From a virus (Duplodnaviria; Caudoviricetes), in IMG/VR virus record IMGVR_UViG_3300005827_000005, positions 1-51,816 of that record: a DNA stretch of 51,816 bases; one strand, given 5' to 3'. A model generated the notes under the pieces. It saw only the letters and a list, made by a program, of their open reading frames with translations. It was not told where the DNA came from and did not search any database. Each line of letters starts with the position of its first letter. The first letter of the stretch is position 1. The translations under genes were made by a program, and so were the position numbers. Positions 19,401 to 29,320 of the stretch are shown piece by piece.

Positions 19401-22400
19401 GCTAAAGGTATTGCCGAAGCGCAAAAAGAATTGATAAAAGCAAATATGGAAGTTGAAAAACTTTCAAATGATACAATAAAAAAGATACGAGAAGATTCTT
19501 TAAAAGCAAGGATAGAGGAATTAAAGAAATCAGAAAAAGTTGTAGAATCTATAAAATTAGAGAATAAAGAAAAGTTACGTTTGTTCGATGAACAAATTAA
19601 TAATTTAAAAACTCTTGGAAGTCTTACAAAAAAACAACAAGATGATATTAATGAAGCAAGAAAAAATATTGTAAATTCAGGTTTAGCTGAAGTTGAATCA
19701 GAACAGAATAAAAAAGCTTTAGAAGATTATAATAAGATAAAAAACAGTAAAGAAAACTTATTAGAATCTATTAAAAAAGAAAATTTAGATCAAATATCTT
19801 CTATTGAAGGAGTTAGGGAATTACGTTTAAAAGAAATTGAAGATAATAGAAAAATTTTAAGAGATAAAGGAATTTTAAATAATGAAAGAAAAAAAGAACT
19901 AGATTTAGTTGAATCATTAGTAAATAAGAATTCTGATTTAGAAAAAAATAAAGCTTTATTGGAACAGCAAAAAGCATCTACAGAAATTCTAGTTGAAAAT
20001 AAGAAGATGATAATTGATATGAATAAAGATCAATTAGCTAAGATTGATATAATTGATGTTGAAAATCAATTATTATTAGATCAAATTGATATTAAAATGT
20101 TAGATAATAAACTTAGCGTTGAATCTATGAGATTATTACAACAACAAAAAGATTTGATAAAACAAAAAGGTGAAAAAGATAAGTCTTTAATTACTATAGA
20201 TGAAGTAATAAGCAGACGTGTTGATATTATAGTTGGTAAGAATGATTTAAATAAAGAGATGTACAAATCAGCGCTTGAATTTTCAATGCAAATTTCTGAT
20301 GCTATTAATATTGGTTCAAGAAAAGGTTTTAGTGAGATATCATCTTATATTTTAGATGCCGCTAAGTTTGCTTACAATATTTTTGATAAGACGTTCATTA
20401 CTCCTATTAAGGATTTGTATGAGGGATTATCTACCGGTGAAACTAATTTCACTGGAATAAAAGATAGTATCAAACTAGGTTCAGAAATATTTTTAAACAA
20501 TCAACTTACCGTTGTTGAAAAAATTGGATTGGCTTTTACATCTGGTACTTCATTAATTTCATCGACACTGCAAACGGCTGGTGCTGCATTAAATGCTGTA
20601 TTAACTGGTAAGCCATTAGATTTTATGGCAAGCATTTTAGAAACTATAAATAATTTACCTGAAAATTTGATGAAAATATTAGATAGATTTGATTCTGTAA
20701 TTTCTAGTTTGCTTGATAAATTTCCGCAAATGGTAACTAAATTAATTCAAAGATTACCAGAAGTGTTTAAAAAATTATTCGATGCCTTGCCGAAAATAGT
20801 TGATAACATAGCTAAATCATTACCTATTTTAGTTAAAACAATTGTTGATATGTTACCTGAAATGATTAAAAAAGTTGGTGCTGAATTGCCAAAATTATTA
20901 TCAGCTATATTCGATGGAATAATTGCTATTATCGATAGATTACCTGATATTATTGATTCTCTACTTGAAGCACTTCCTAAATTTATAGAAATGTTTTTCC
21001 AAAAATTGCCAGAATTATTTAGGTCAATATTTAGAGCTATACCAAAAATAATAGTTTCAATCTTAGAGAATCTACCTGATATTTTGGAGAGTTTAATTTC
21101 TGGAATAATTGGCGCTGTTGGTGAAATTGTTACAGCGTTTGTTGATGAATTTTTGTTAAAAGGAGGGCTTGAAAAAATAATAGTAGGAATAATTAAAGCT
21201 GTTCCTAGGATAGCCGTTGCATTAGTACATGGAATTCTAACAGGTTTATTACGCGGAATTAAATCATTCGGTAATTTATTTGGAGGAAAAATTAAACTAC
21301 CAGAAGAAATAACAAATTTACCTGAAAAGATTTCTGAAGGAGCTAAAAAGCTAGGTACTGATATTGGTAAATCTGTTTCTCAAGTATTTAGCGTTAAAGA
21401 CTTAAATGAAAATGCAAAGAATTTAGATATCGGTGAAAAAATGTCAAGCGCTATTAATGGTGCTATTACTAATTTTTCAAACGCTACGCAGAATTCTATG
21501 AATTTATTTATAAACGGTTTAAAAGCAGCATGGCAATGGGTATTAGATAATATTTGGAATCCTATTTTTAATTCTATAAAAACTGTATGGTTATGGGTTT
21601 ATGATAATGTTTTAAAACCTATTTGGGATGGTTTACTAGGTATATGGCAGTGGGTTAATGATAGTGTTATAACTCCCATGATAATTGCTATTCAATCTGT
21701 TTGGCAGTGGGTTAATGATAAAGTAATAACTCCTGTTGTTTCTGCATTAACTACATTGTGGACATGGGTTAAAGAAAAAATATTAGACCCTATAGTTTCT
21801 GCTTTTCAATCAACATTTCAATTTATTGGCGATAAGGTATTTAACCCTATTGTGAAAGCATTTGATACTATATTTACTTTTTTAGGTGAAAAAGTTTTAG
21901 CTCCAATGGTAAAAACATTAGGTTCTATATTTGATCCATTAACAAAAGCATTTAATAGTTTAGGAAAAATATTTGAACCAATAACAAAAGCATTTAACAG
22001 TTTAGGAAAAATATTTGAACCAATAACAAAAGTATTTTCTGATTTAGGAAAAAGTTTAGAATCTATCACAAAACCTTTTGACCAATTAAGCAAGTCTTTG
22101 AGCAGTTTTTCAGGCGGTGGAATATCAAATATAACAGGCGGTGGAGGCGGTGGAAATACTGTAACTAATGCAATTTCTAGTGTAGGAAAATCTTTAGGAT
22201 TTGCAAATGGTGGTTTGGTATATGCTGCTGAGGGACAGTATATAAATTTCAAGCCTCGCGGTACAGATACTGTTCCAGCTATGTTAACGCAAGGAGAATA
22301 TGTAGTTAAACGTGATGCTGTTAAAAGCCTTGGGTTATCTACAATGAATTCAATTAACAGCGGTGTACTTCCTTCGAGCGGTTCTAGTATTGTTATTCAA

Positions 22401-22538
22401 AAAATAGAAATAAATGCAAAAACTAATTTAGATGCTGACGGAATAAGAAGGGAAGTTATTCCAGCAATTGAAAAACATTTGTTAAAAAAATCTCAAGAAG
22501 GTCAAAGGATTATCGATCCAAAAGGAGTTAGAATATAA
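16404..22538 (+). CDS. Tail tape measure protein
   Basis: 2044 aa, helical; LP and W/F periodic repeats; C-terminal FANGG...GTDTVPAMLTQGEYVV motif. Confidence 0.93.
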   Translation: MAVSKTMDFNINLEAKNNMSNSLDAISQSISDLIEVYDKSIQSIKQAVKEYISNKEAIKSTKEAYESTYKAIHKFDESVLQSSTSIQKFSNQMNFSISGIGNFTKLITNLVIELDRLTKPETLKRTSDLFAIFAAMTKLRGFDQLSSGIYKVSLAINSLSKKSSDLRSSLTGDFGDTSLKARMYMGDTSASVEYLKNSIVDLSGTMVSATKSVFDYAKSFIQVTTNITMTAQALNTLVTPENAKNISNIFAVLSAGSEIKGFDNVSKQLMMISDSSRNASIQLQDMKDKQESLTSRLEQAANASRLYVSAISMLKTIGIAAVIGTATGFLYRFAKTTEYGNNLINNWISSFNIYVDIFKTFSKTLYETSPAISKLMIMLVELSSGFSLLGNYLSSSDDKFTQFIGNIFRNSALTGFAIGAVLNITLRTIGDGLASIGKMLDESMTKFEEKFTKSQNVMSQFQFVINGLTRDLGEATTGGLEMWNKKLVEMQDTTKFATVDIAKSMKMIISEGARFGLTTEQISNLITKSGDIASSYSMDVVDSANMITNALAGQTQSFVNLGISVNDAANAHSDLFLMMGKSSDKLTKQEQALVKYDLIMKETSSIIGAATNELNTIAGATAKYERAVVNVQVKMGTMAFIAENLIAAKTKLFEILNKLPNSFYIVAGSVQDLLSFFLPVIGVVIKFGTYILAATTVMKLFNAYAASTVISNTALGRSILFVANSLNVQTIAMTGSKELLINLGNILKGAMSLSLVAFTALLNQAKLALISFSKVIWSTTIAVLSNPLFWKVAIIVGSIIAVIEAMKQLYEQVDFVREGIDNLKKEFIGLFSSLDKNVSSLSSISNIFMELTQNILGITKIIVGGFVAGIYSLSSAYSFLRGVLSTDEKEQEEWNNKAEDARDKIIQLSKFMSKASDEVTLLGGKTAYAATQMSVADKNAKKYSDTLEKLVSFQMKDFNEESERLKITGNEFKQALEKQEEAIRNLTKARQENLEIEDKAKGIAEAQKELIKANMEVEKLSNDTIKKIREDSLKARIEELKKSEKVVESIKLENKEKLRLFDEQINNLKTLGSLTKKQQDDINEARKNIVNSGLAEVESEQNKKALEDYNKIKNSKENLLESIKKENLDQISSIEGVRELRLKEIEDNRKILRDKGILNNERKKELDLVESLVNKNSDLEKNKALLEQQKASTEILVENKKMIIDMNKDQLAKIDIIDVENQLLLDQIDIKMLDNKLSVESMRLLQQQKDLIKQKGEKDKSLITIDEVISRRVDIIVGKNDLNKEMYKSALEFSMQISDAINIGSRKGFSEISSYILDAAKFAYNIFDKTFITPIKDLYEGLSTGETNFTGIKDSIKLGSEIFLNNQLTVVEKIGLAFTSGTSLISSTLQTAGAALNAVLTGKPLDFMASILETINNLPENLMKILDRFDSVISSLLDKFPQMVTKLIQRLPEVFKKLFDALPKIVDNIAKSLPILVKTIVDMLPEMIKKVGAELPKLLSAIFDGIIAIIDRLPDIIDSLLEALPKFIEMFFQKLPELFRSIFRAIPKIIVSILENLPDILESLISGIIGAVGEIVTAFVDEFLLKGGLEKIIVGIIKAVPRIAVALVHGILTGLLRGIKSFGNLFGGKIKLPEEITNLPEKISEGAKKLGTDIGKSVSQVFSVKDLNENAKNLDIGEKMSSAINGAITNFSNATQNSMNLFINGLKAAWQWVLDNIWNPIFNSIKTVWLWVYDNVLKPIWDGLLGIWQWVNDSVITPMIIAIQSVWQWVNDKVITPVVSALTTLWTWVKEKILDPIVSAFQSTFQFIGDKVFNPIVKAFDTIFTFLGEKVLAPMVKTLGSIFDPLTKAFNSLGKIFEPITKAFNSLGKIFEPITKVFSDLGKSLESITKPFDQLSKSLSSFSGGGISNITGGGGGGNTVTNAISSVGKSLGFANGGLVYAAEGQYINFKPRGTDTVPAMLTQGEYVVKRDAVKSLGLSTMNSINSGVLPSSGSSIVIQKIEINAKTNLDADGIRREVIPAIEKHLLKKSQEGQRIIDPKGVRI
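21927..22052 (+). repeat. 3 x 42-bp tandem repeat inside the tape measure gene
   Basis: ATATTTGAACCAATAACAAAAGCATTTAA(C/T)AGTTTAGGAAAA-like units at 21927, 21969, 22011. Confidence 0.9.
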
Positions 22539-24079
22539 TGACAACTCAAGAATTAGGTTATTTAGATAATCCATATCTTCAAGATAATTATGCCTCTGGT
22601 GAGATTCATGATTTTCAAGGTATTCAATTGAATATGGTTGTTAATAACAATGTTTTTTCAACAGGTATTCAATCATATTTAATTGTTAATTACATAAATA
22701 GTTCTCAAGTACAAGTAAATTTGACTGTTGACAAACAACAATCTTTAGGCGCACAGGTATTAGCTGTAGCAAGCGGTTTAAATTTATCTAATATTCAAAT
22801 TAATCAGCAAGTGTTGAGTGGTTTAAAAAATTTAGGTATATCAGTTAATGCAGATAAATTAAGACATGCATTGTGCGAGTATTATTTAAATGAAGGATAT
22901 TTATCAGAATCATATTTATCTGAATGCATGGAAGCATTCGAGCATGTTCAGATAAAATTCGTTATAGATAACATTCAAAATAAAACAGGTGTTCAGTTAA
23001 ATGCAGTAATAGGAAATTCAGGAAGCCAAGGCTCACAAATAAAATCAGTAGTTACCAAAGATATTAGTACAGGAATTCAAATTAAATCATTGATTACTAA
23101 TAATTATATTGTTGGTACACAAGTAAAAATGGTAATAGATAAATTAAGGTCTATCGGTGTTCAAACTAAATTAGTCGTTAATAAGTCTTTTGCTAACGGT
23201 GTTCAGGTTATTAGAGTTCAATCTCTAGTATCAAACGCACAAATTACGATGGTTATTTACAATACTACTCAAATTAGATTCATGTGGGATTTTCCAAGTC
23301 GAGGAATTGCAGCATTGGGCGGTGATAATTGGATGGCATCTTCAACAGCAGTAGGTGATTTTTTATCTAAAAATTTAAACACAGATATTATTGAGCAAGT
23401 TTGGCGTTCTACAAATGATCCTAGCTATCAAACTTTAACTTGTGATACTGGGATTGTGCAAGGTGTTCCGATTGATACAATAGCTATCCTTGGACACAAC
23501 TTAACTAAGTCTGCTAACGTACAAGTTCAAGGCTCAAATGATAACTTTGCAACAGCTCCTAATATTACTTATAACATGTTAGTAGAATCTGATAACATGT
23601 ATTATATTTCCCCTGAATTTCCTACGGTTCAAGCGCAAAATAGATATTGGAGATTTATAATTGAAGATGTAACTAATCCTGATGGATTTATTGAGATTGG
23701 CTCTATTGTTTTCGGAACTTCAGAGCTATTTAATATTTATGAATCTTTTTCAAATCCTGTTAAATTTGGATATAAACATTTTAAAGATTCTATTCAGACA
23801 GAAGGTTTTACTACAACTTCAAACGATAGAGCTTTAAAGAAAATATTGGGATTGAAATTTGAAAGATTAAATTACTATAAAGGTAATTACAGAATTATAG
23901 ATGAGATAATTAATACTTGTCGAACTAGTATGAAATTTTTGATTATCCCAACGCCAAAAAATCCTTCTAGGTATGCATTGTTTGGAAAATTGCAGCAGAT
24001 TCCTGATTTAAATTTTGAAGGAATTTCCACAACAGATGAGTATGTTGATTTAGAATTAAACATAGATGAGAGTTTATAA
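22538..24079 (+). CDS. Tail protein (distal-tail position) with N-terminal GxQ repeats and a carbohydrate-binding-like domain
   Basis: First gene after tape measure; IAILGHNL, RYWRFII, FIEIG jelly-roll motifs. Confidence 0.7.
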   Translation: MTTQELGYLDNPYLQDNYASGEIHDFQGIQLNMVVNNNVFSTGIQSYLIVNYINSSQVQVNLTVDKQQSLGAQVLAVASGLNLSNIQINQQVLSGLKNLGISVNADKLRHALCEYYLNEGYLSESYLSECMEAFEHVQIKFVIDNIQNKTGVQLNAVIGNSGSQGSQIKSVVTKDISTGIQIKSLITNNYIVGTQVKMVIDKLRSIGVQTKLVVNKSFANGVQVIRVQSLVSNAQITMVIYNTTQIRFMWDFPSRGIAALGGDNWMASSTAVGDFLSKNLNTDIIEQVWRSTNDPSYQTLTCDTGIVQGVPIDTIAILGHNLTKSANVQVQGSNDNFATAPNITYNMLVESDNMYYISPEFPTVQAQNRYWRFIIEDVTNPDGFIEIGSIVFGTSELFNIYESFSNPVKFGYKHFKDSIQTEGFTTTSNDRALKKILGLKFERLNYYKGNYRIIDEIINTCRTSMKFLIIPTPKNPSRYALFGKLQQIPDLNFEGISTTDEYVDLELNIDESL

Positions 24080-24081
24080 AA

Positions 24082-25830
24082 ATGGCACATAGAGATAGGC
24101 GAGAATATTTAACAGCTACAACGCTTGATCAGGGCTTACTTGATCGGTGCCAAGATAATTTAGATTTCGGATTAGAAATTGGTGTTGACATTGAAAGTTC
24201 AATAGGTATAATTCGCACATCCAACATAAACAAATATATCGGTGGTAATTTTTACGAGGCGTTAACAGAAGTTCCTAACGTTAGGCGGTCAATAGGTGAT
24301 TGGTTGAATCCAAACCTAGAATTTTCATCGCTTTCTTTTTCTCTTTCTAACGTAGACGGTAGATTTAATAGCTTATTTCAAGGCGGGAATGACTATAGTG
24401 GTTGGATTAACAAATCTGTTGATCTAAAAATTGGTTTGCGTGATGTTGAATCTACTTATTTTACTGTATTTTCCGGTTTTGTTCCTGAAGTAGGTGGAAT
24501 ACAAAGATCAAGAGATATCATTTCTATAAATGCTCGTGATAGATTTGACAAGTACAGTATAGATTTTCCTAGAATTGTTCTAAATAAAAATAATTTTCCT
24601 GATTTAGAAGATAATTTAATTGGTGTAGTTCTCCCTGTTATCTATGGAGACTGGACAGTTTCACTTCCAGAAAAAAAACTAATACCGAATGACCCAAGTT
24701 CTCCTACTTCTAATGTTTCTATTGTTCCAGCATTTCCAGTTAATAGCAAAAATTCTGGTGTTATCGCTGGAACTACTCGTTTAAAATTGTATATCTCTAA
24801 TGATCAACTTAGTTATTTTGATTCGACAAAAGTTTATTTAAAACGAGGCGATTCGTACACGCTATTTAATTCTGCTGATGTAACAAGTGTTTTGCAAAAT
24901 AGAATTTTTGAAATTAAACTTGACGGTTCAGGCGGTGTTACTTTAGTCGATGGTTCGCTTTATAAATATGCAAGTGGTGATTTATTTTTTACTCAAGTAA
25001 AAGGAATTGATTTAGGTTCTTATGATGATAATATAGTAGCTCAAGCAAAACATCTGCTTTTGAATCAAGCTAATGTTCCATCTCTTGAGATTGACAATGT
25101 GACGTGGGATTATCTTAGAGATAAGAATACACCAACCGAATCTGCAATTGCAAGCATCAAGTCAAGGGTTTGGGTTCAAGAACAGCAAAACATTATTAAC
25201 TATGTGACTTCAATGCTTGAGCAAGTAAGAGTTGAGCTATTTATTTCTAAAGAAAACAAATTTACTTTATCAACAGTACACTTGGATGAATTTGAAGCAA
25301 ATCCTAGTCATGTGATTAGAAATTGGGATGTTGTAGCAGATACATTTCAGCCAAAACTAGATGATCGAAATATTTGGAATCGTGGCCAAGCTGTATATGC
25401 TTACAATCCGGCAGACAATCAGATGATTAAAAAAACATCTATCTACAAAAACCAAGCTGCTATTGATCAGCAAGGAAAAAAAATATCAAAAGAAATCTAC
25501 TACCCAAATCTTTATGTAGAATCAGATGTAATTTATCAATTAAGAGAAACAATAAAAATTGCAAGTGCTGCATTAGAATTAATAGAAGTTACATTGACAC
25601 CTAGATCAATTTTACAAGAACTAGGTGGTTTTGTTTTGTTGAACATTAATTTTGGTGCTACAATTTTTGAGAATGTTCCATGCATGATTAGAGAAATTGG
25701 CTACAATTCTAAAGGTTTTGTTGTACCTGTAAAATTATGGTCTTTTCAAATGCTAAACTTCACTGGACATAACCCTAGCTATAGCGGAATCGTTGGCGGT
25801 TCTGATGCAATAATAACAGAAGAAATATAA
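24082..25830 (+). CDS. Tail tip / baseplate hub-like protein
   Basis: LSNVDGRF and LPVIYGD motifs; position. Confidence 0.7.
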   Translation: MAHRDRREYLTATTLDQGLLDRCQDNLDFGLEIGVDIESSIGIIRTSNINKYIGGNFYEALTEVPNVRRSIGDWLNPNLEFSSLSFSLSNVDGRFNSLFQGGNDYSGWINKSVDLKIGLRDVESTYFTVFSGFVPEVGGIQRSRDIISINARDRFDKYSIDFPRIVLNKNNFPDLEDNLIGVVLPVIYGDWTVSLPEKKLIPNDPSSPTSNVSIVPAFPVNSKNSGVIAGTTRLKLYISNDQLSYFDSTKVYLKRGDSYTLFNSADVTSVLQNRIFEIKLDGSGGVTLVDGSLYKYASGDLFFTQVKGIDLGSYDDNIVAQAKHLLLNQANVPSLEIDNVTWDYLRDKNTPTESAIASIKSRVWVQEQQNIINYVTSMLEQVRVELFISKENKFTLSTVHLDEFEANPSHVIRNWDVVADTFQPKLDDRNIWNRGQAVYAYNPADNQMIKKTSIYKNQAAIDQQGKKISKEIYYPNLYVESDVIYQLRETIKIASAALELIEVTLTPRSILQELGGFVLLNINFGATIFENVPCMIREIGYNSKGFVVPVKLWSFQMLNFTGHNPSYSGIVGGSDAIITEEI

Positions 25831-25849
25831 TTTTTTTGGAGAAAAAATC

Positions 25850-26527
25850 ATGGCTGTAAATTTAACGATTTCAAAAACTCTTTCCGGAACTCAAATAGCT
25901 GATACGTTGGCTGGTGGTAGTTCTGGTTTGGATTTAGGTTCTGTAAACAATAACGAGTATGCTCCTATTATTTCAAAATCAGCAAATACTGGTGAGCAAA
26001 AAATATATGTTCGACACAACGCTACTATCGATCCAATCACAAATGTAAAAACATTTATTTCACAGTATTCCGGAACTTATGGTGGTGCTGCTACGGCTGC
26101 TGCTGACTATGCTACAGTAAAAAACAAAGGTCAGGCTTCTGGTAATTCTGCAAATAATGCAGACGGTTTAAGTTCTGGTTTTAGAATTGAAATGGCAGCT
26201 GATTTAAGTGATACATTAGGAGCGAATAAATTCTTAGGAACTAGAGCACAGGTAAAAATATACGGTGATAACGGTACAGACGGAATTGATTTAGCATCTG
26301 CATTCAGTTTACATACTGATGCGATGATTTATGATGCTGCAACACACGGAACTGCTGGAACACCTGTTGTAGCAACAGCACCTGTAACTGGTAAGATAGG
26401 TAAAGATGGTGATGCTGTTCTTGGTGATCATGCGTTAGTTAGAGTTAGATTTTATTTAGAAAATGCAGCACCAGACGGCGGTATACTACAATACGATTGG
26501 GTGTGGTCGTACTCATTTACAGCTTAA
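25850..26527 (+). CDS. Putative tail structural protein
   Basis: G/A/T-rich beta composition; GGAG RBS; inside the tail module. Confidence 0.6.
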   Translation: MAVNLTISKTLSGTQIADTLAGGSSGLDLGSVNNNEYAPIISKSANTGEQKIYVRHNATIDPITNVKTFISQYSGTYGGAATAAADYATVKNKGQASGNSANNADGLSSGFRIEMAADLSDTLGANKFLGTRAQVKIYGDNGTDGIDLASAFSLHTDAMIYDAATHGTAGTPVVATAPVTGKIGKDGDAVLGDHALVRVRFYLENAAPDGGILQYDWVWSYSFTA

Positions 26528-26539
26528 GAAAGTAATTAA

Positions 26540-26968
26540 ATGGAAAATATTCAACAAGAAATTCCTAGAAACTTTTATAGACTGCGTTGGAAGTTTTTCT
26601 TTACAAATGGAAAACTTCCTAAAACCGGTGTATGGAATGGTACTAGTCAATTAGTATCTGATTCTGCATTCGCTATTAATAAAGAGTTTATGGAAAGTGT
26701 TTCGATTGAAGCAGAAAATTTAGTAACTAATGAAATACTAACATTAGTTAATTGTCCTAAAAGCGAATACGCTTCTATGCAGTGGGAAGCTTATGCTAGA
26801 ATGCCAGCATTTTTCAAAGGTAATGGTGGAACAGCTAGAGAAAATATTTCCGGTTTATCTATCTTAACTTCGGATGAAAAAATAACTGCTTGGGTGAATG
26901 GTAATATTAGTAGAGAACAATTAAGTGATCATGATAAAAAATTTAACATCAAAGAACACAGTATTTAA
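26540..26968 (+). CDS. Hypothetical protein (tail module)
   Basis: 142-aa ORF. Confidence 0.65.
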   Translation: MENIQQEIPRNFYRLRWKFFFTNGKLPKTGVWNGTSQLVSDSAFAINKEFMESVSIEAENLVTNEILTLVNCPKSEYASMQWEAYARMPAFFKGNGGTARENISGLSILTSDEKITAWVNGNISREQLSDHDKKFNIKEHSI

Positions 26969-26979
26969 GGGGTTATAAA

Positions 26980-28431
26980 ATGGGAATAGTTTCAAAACTA
27001 AAACTAGATCATCCAGCGCTTGGTACGGCTGGTGGTGCTGGTTTGCATGCTTCTGTAGAAGCGTTATATACAAAAATTGGCGACAACATGAATAGCCGTT
27101 GGTTTGCTATTAATGATTTTGATCAAGCTGAAACATTTGATTTAGATCATAATTTCACAACAGATATTTTAAATTTAAGTTATGATATCTGGATTCATAA
27201 CGGAACCGAATGGGTTCAATTAGATGAAACAACAACGCCTTTACGGTCTGCATTTACTGTGATTGAAAAGGTAGGTTTTGAATCGACTATTCTACAAATA
27301 ACAAACAACACTGGAGGTGATAATTTAACTGCTGCTGTTTCTGTTATTTTAAAAACAATAACATTAAAAGACGATGTAAAAGATGTTGACGTTACAAGCA
27401 TAGTAGACGGTCAAGGTTTGATGTACAATAGTACAACAAAAAAATATGAGCGAGCAACAAAGAATTATATAGGTTCAGGTACTTTAGATGCATCGGCTGT
27501 GCTTCAAGCTGATTCTACAACAAAAGGTTTTTTACCTCCGAGAATGACACAAACCGAGAGGGATGCGATAGCATCACCAGCGAACGGTTTGATAGTATTT
27601 AACACTACAAGCGGACATTTAAATCAATATCAAAGTAGTTCTTGGGTTGAGCTTATATCTTCTGCAAGTCAATTCGTATTAAATTATACTATAAAACCTG
27701 CATCGGGTGACTATACGATATTAGATAATGATGGTTATAGACATGTTCATGTTACTAATGGTTCTTCAAACATAAATATTACATTACCTTCAGCAGTAAA
27801 TAATAATACTAGATTAATAACAGTACTAAAAGTTGATAATGGTGTTGGTGATTTAACAATAACAGGTACAATAAATGGTTCTTCTAGTTTAACTATTTTT
27901 TCTCAATTTGATCAAGTTACATTTTTATCAAATGGTTCAACTTGGAGTGTTGTATCAACAAATGGTTATGTTAGAGGTCAAACATCTTCTGATATTATAG
28001 CAGCCGGTAGAACTGGAGAACAAATAAAAGCTACTATATCAGCATCAACTACGCTTGGAGCAACTGAAGGTGATGTAGCTGGGGCAGTTTTACCCTTAAC
28101 TGTTGGATGGTGGAATATTTTATATCAAGCAACAGTATCTATTACAACACAACCAAATTCAAACTGTTCAGCTAGAATTAAGTTAGCTGTAACAAATCAA
28201 TCAGATGTTCACGTAGCAGAAACAGAGAGGGCTTTTCAGTTTGAAACACCTGATGCTGTTGCAAGAACATCGATGGGATGTCTATCTGCTTCTGCTGTAG
28301 TTTATGTTTCATCTGCACAGAATTATAAAATACGTGGTTTAGTACAGCAATTGACAGGTTCAAGTAACAGTGGTTTCGTTAATACAAATTCAACTAACTG
28401 GGGTAGTCAATTTCACGCTATAAGGATATAA
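26980..28431 (+). CDS. Tail fiber / receptor-binding protein
   Basis: DGQGLMYNS repeat, STTKGFLPPRMT...GLIVFNTT fiber module, ITLP..A module, beta-rich C-terminal head. Confidence 0.8.
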   Translation: MGIVSKLKLDHPALGTAGGAGLHASVEALYTKIGDNMNSRWFAINDFDQAETFDLDHNFTTDILNLSYDIWIHNGTEWVQLDETTTPLRSAFTVIEKVGFESTILQITNNTGGDNLTAAVSVILKTITLKDDVKDVDVTSIVDGQGLMYNSTTKKYERATKNYIGSGTLDASAVLQADSTTKGFLPPRMTQTERDAIASPANGLIVFNTTSGHLNQYQSSSWVELISSASQFVLNYTIKPASGDYTILDNDGYRHVHVTNGSSNINITLPSAVNNNTRLITVLKVDNGVGDLTITGTINGSSSLTIFSQFDQVTFLSNGSTWSVVSTNGYVRGQTSSDIIAAGRTGEQIKATISASTTLGATEGDVAGAVLPLTVGWWNILYQATVSITTQPNSNCSARIKLAVTNQSDVHVAETERAFQFETPDAVARTSMGCLSASAVVYVSSAQNYKIRGLVQQLTGSSNSGFVNTNSTNWGSQFHAIRI

Positions 28432-28435
28432 AATT

Positions 28436-29320
28436 ATGATTATTAATTATATTTTTATTTTATTTTTTTTATTTTCCTGTGGTAAAAAAGAAGAAAATGA
28501 ACCGATAAAAGATATGAGTTTAGAAGCAAAATCTAAACTGTATTGTGAGTTATCAAAAAGTATTTATGAAAAGCAAAAATATGTTGTTGATGAATGCGAC
28601 GGTGCAGGTTTTACGGCTTTATATGCTGTAGCATGCCAACAAAATAAAGTTGATATTTCAGTTTTTCAAAATAATGAAGGAAAGATGTTTAGAAATCCTA
28701 AGCATGATTGCTTTCCTAAAAATTCTGCTTCTGAATTTTCAAAAGATCATGTTTTAATGTCTATGATTGCATGGAATGAATTAAACAGAAATGATTTAGC
28801 TAATAAATTTAAAAAGTTTGTTGATAAGAATAAATTAAAATTCTGTGAAGGAAAAGACGTTGTAACAACAACATCAAGATGTATTCTATCAACAACTCTT
28901 TATTTTTTATTATCAAAAATTTCTCATTCGAGCGCTAACTTAAAACAAGAAAATGCGAATCTTGTAAAGGATGGGTTTGAAGGGCATTTAGAAGTTCTTG
29001 GGATTTGGTTAGAAGGCAGAGTTAACGGTGGTATAAATGAGGTTCAAAAGCAGAAAATTAAAAAATATGCTGAAAAGGAACAACTAAATGCTTTATATCA
29101 ATCGGTTGCTTATCGTTATGGCTTAACGACTATAGAATCTGTAAACAACTCTTTTTATTCAAAACGATTCCCTGATGATAAATTGCCAACAAATACAGAA
29201 TATTGCACTGAGTATTTATTCCAAAGAGATTCAAATTCTAAAGATTGGCAGCCATGTGCCGACAAAAAGTTACATACTGGAACAGATTTTGTTTTTGCTT
29301 ATTACGTATTGAGTAACTAA
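28436..29320 (+). CDS. Cys-rich lipoprotein
   Basis: Hydrophobic N-terminus with lipobox LFS-C followed by GKKEE. Confidence 0.75.
   Translation: MIINYIFILFFLFSCGKKEENEPIKDMSLEAKSKLYCELSKSIYEKQKYVVDECDGAGFTALYAVACQQNKVDISVFQNNEGKMFRNPKHDCFPKNSASEFSKDHVLMSMIAWNELNRNDLANKFKKFVDKNKLKFCEGKDVVTTTSRCILSTTLYFLLSKISHSSANLKQENANLVKDGFEGHLEVLGIWLEGRVNGGINEVQKQKIKKYAEKEQLNALYQSVAYRYGLTTIESVNNSFYSKRFPDDKLPTNTEYCTEYLFQRDSNSKDWQPCADKKLHTGTDFVFAYYVLSN

Noticed and set aside
21927-22052. CRISPR-like array
   Set aside because: Contiguous in-frame 42-bp units with no spacers, inside the tape measure gene
6397-27401. Antisense or alternate-frame ORFs inside structural genes (e.g. 7870-8130, 8364-8708, 9542-9871, 10747-11013, 14291-14500, 21818-22252)
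   Set aside because: Shadow ORFs of well-supported genes, with no RBS or recognisable motifs
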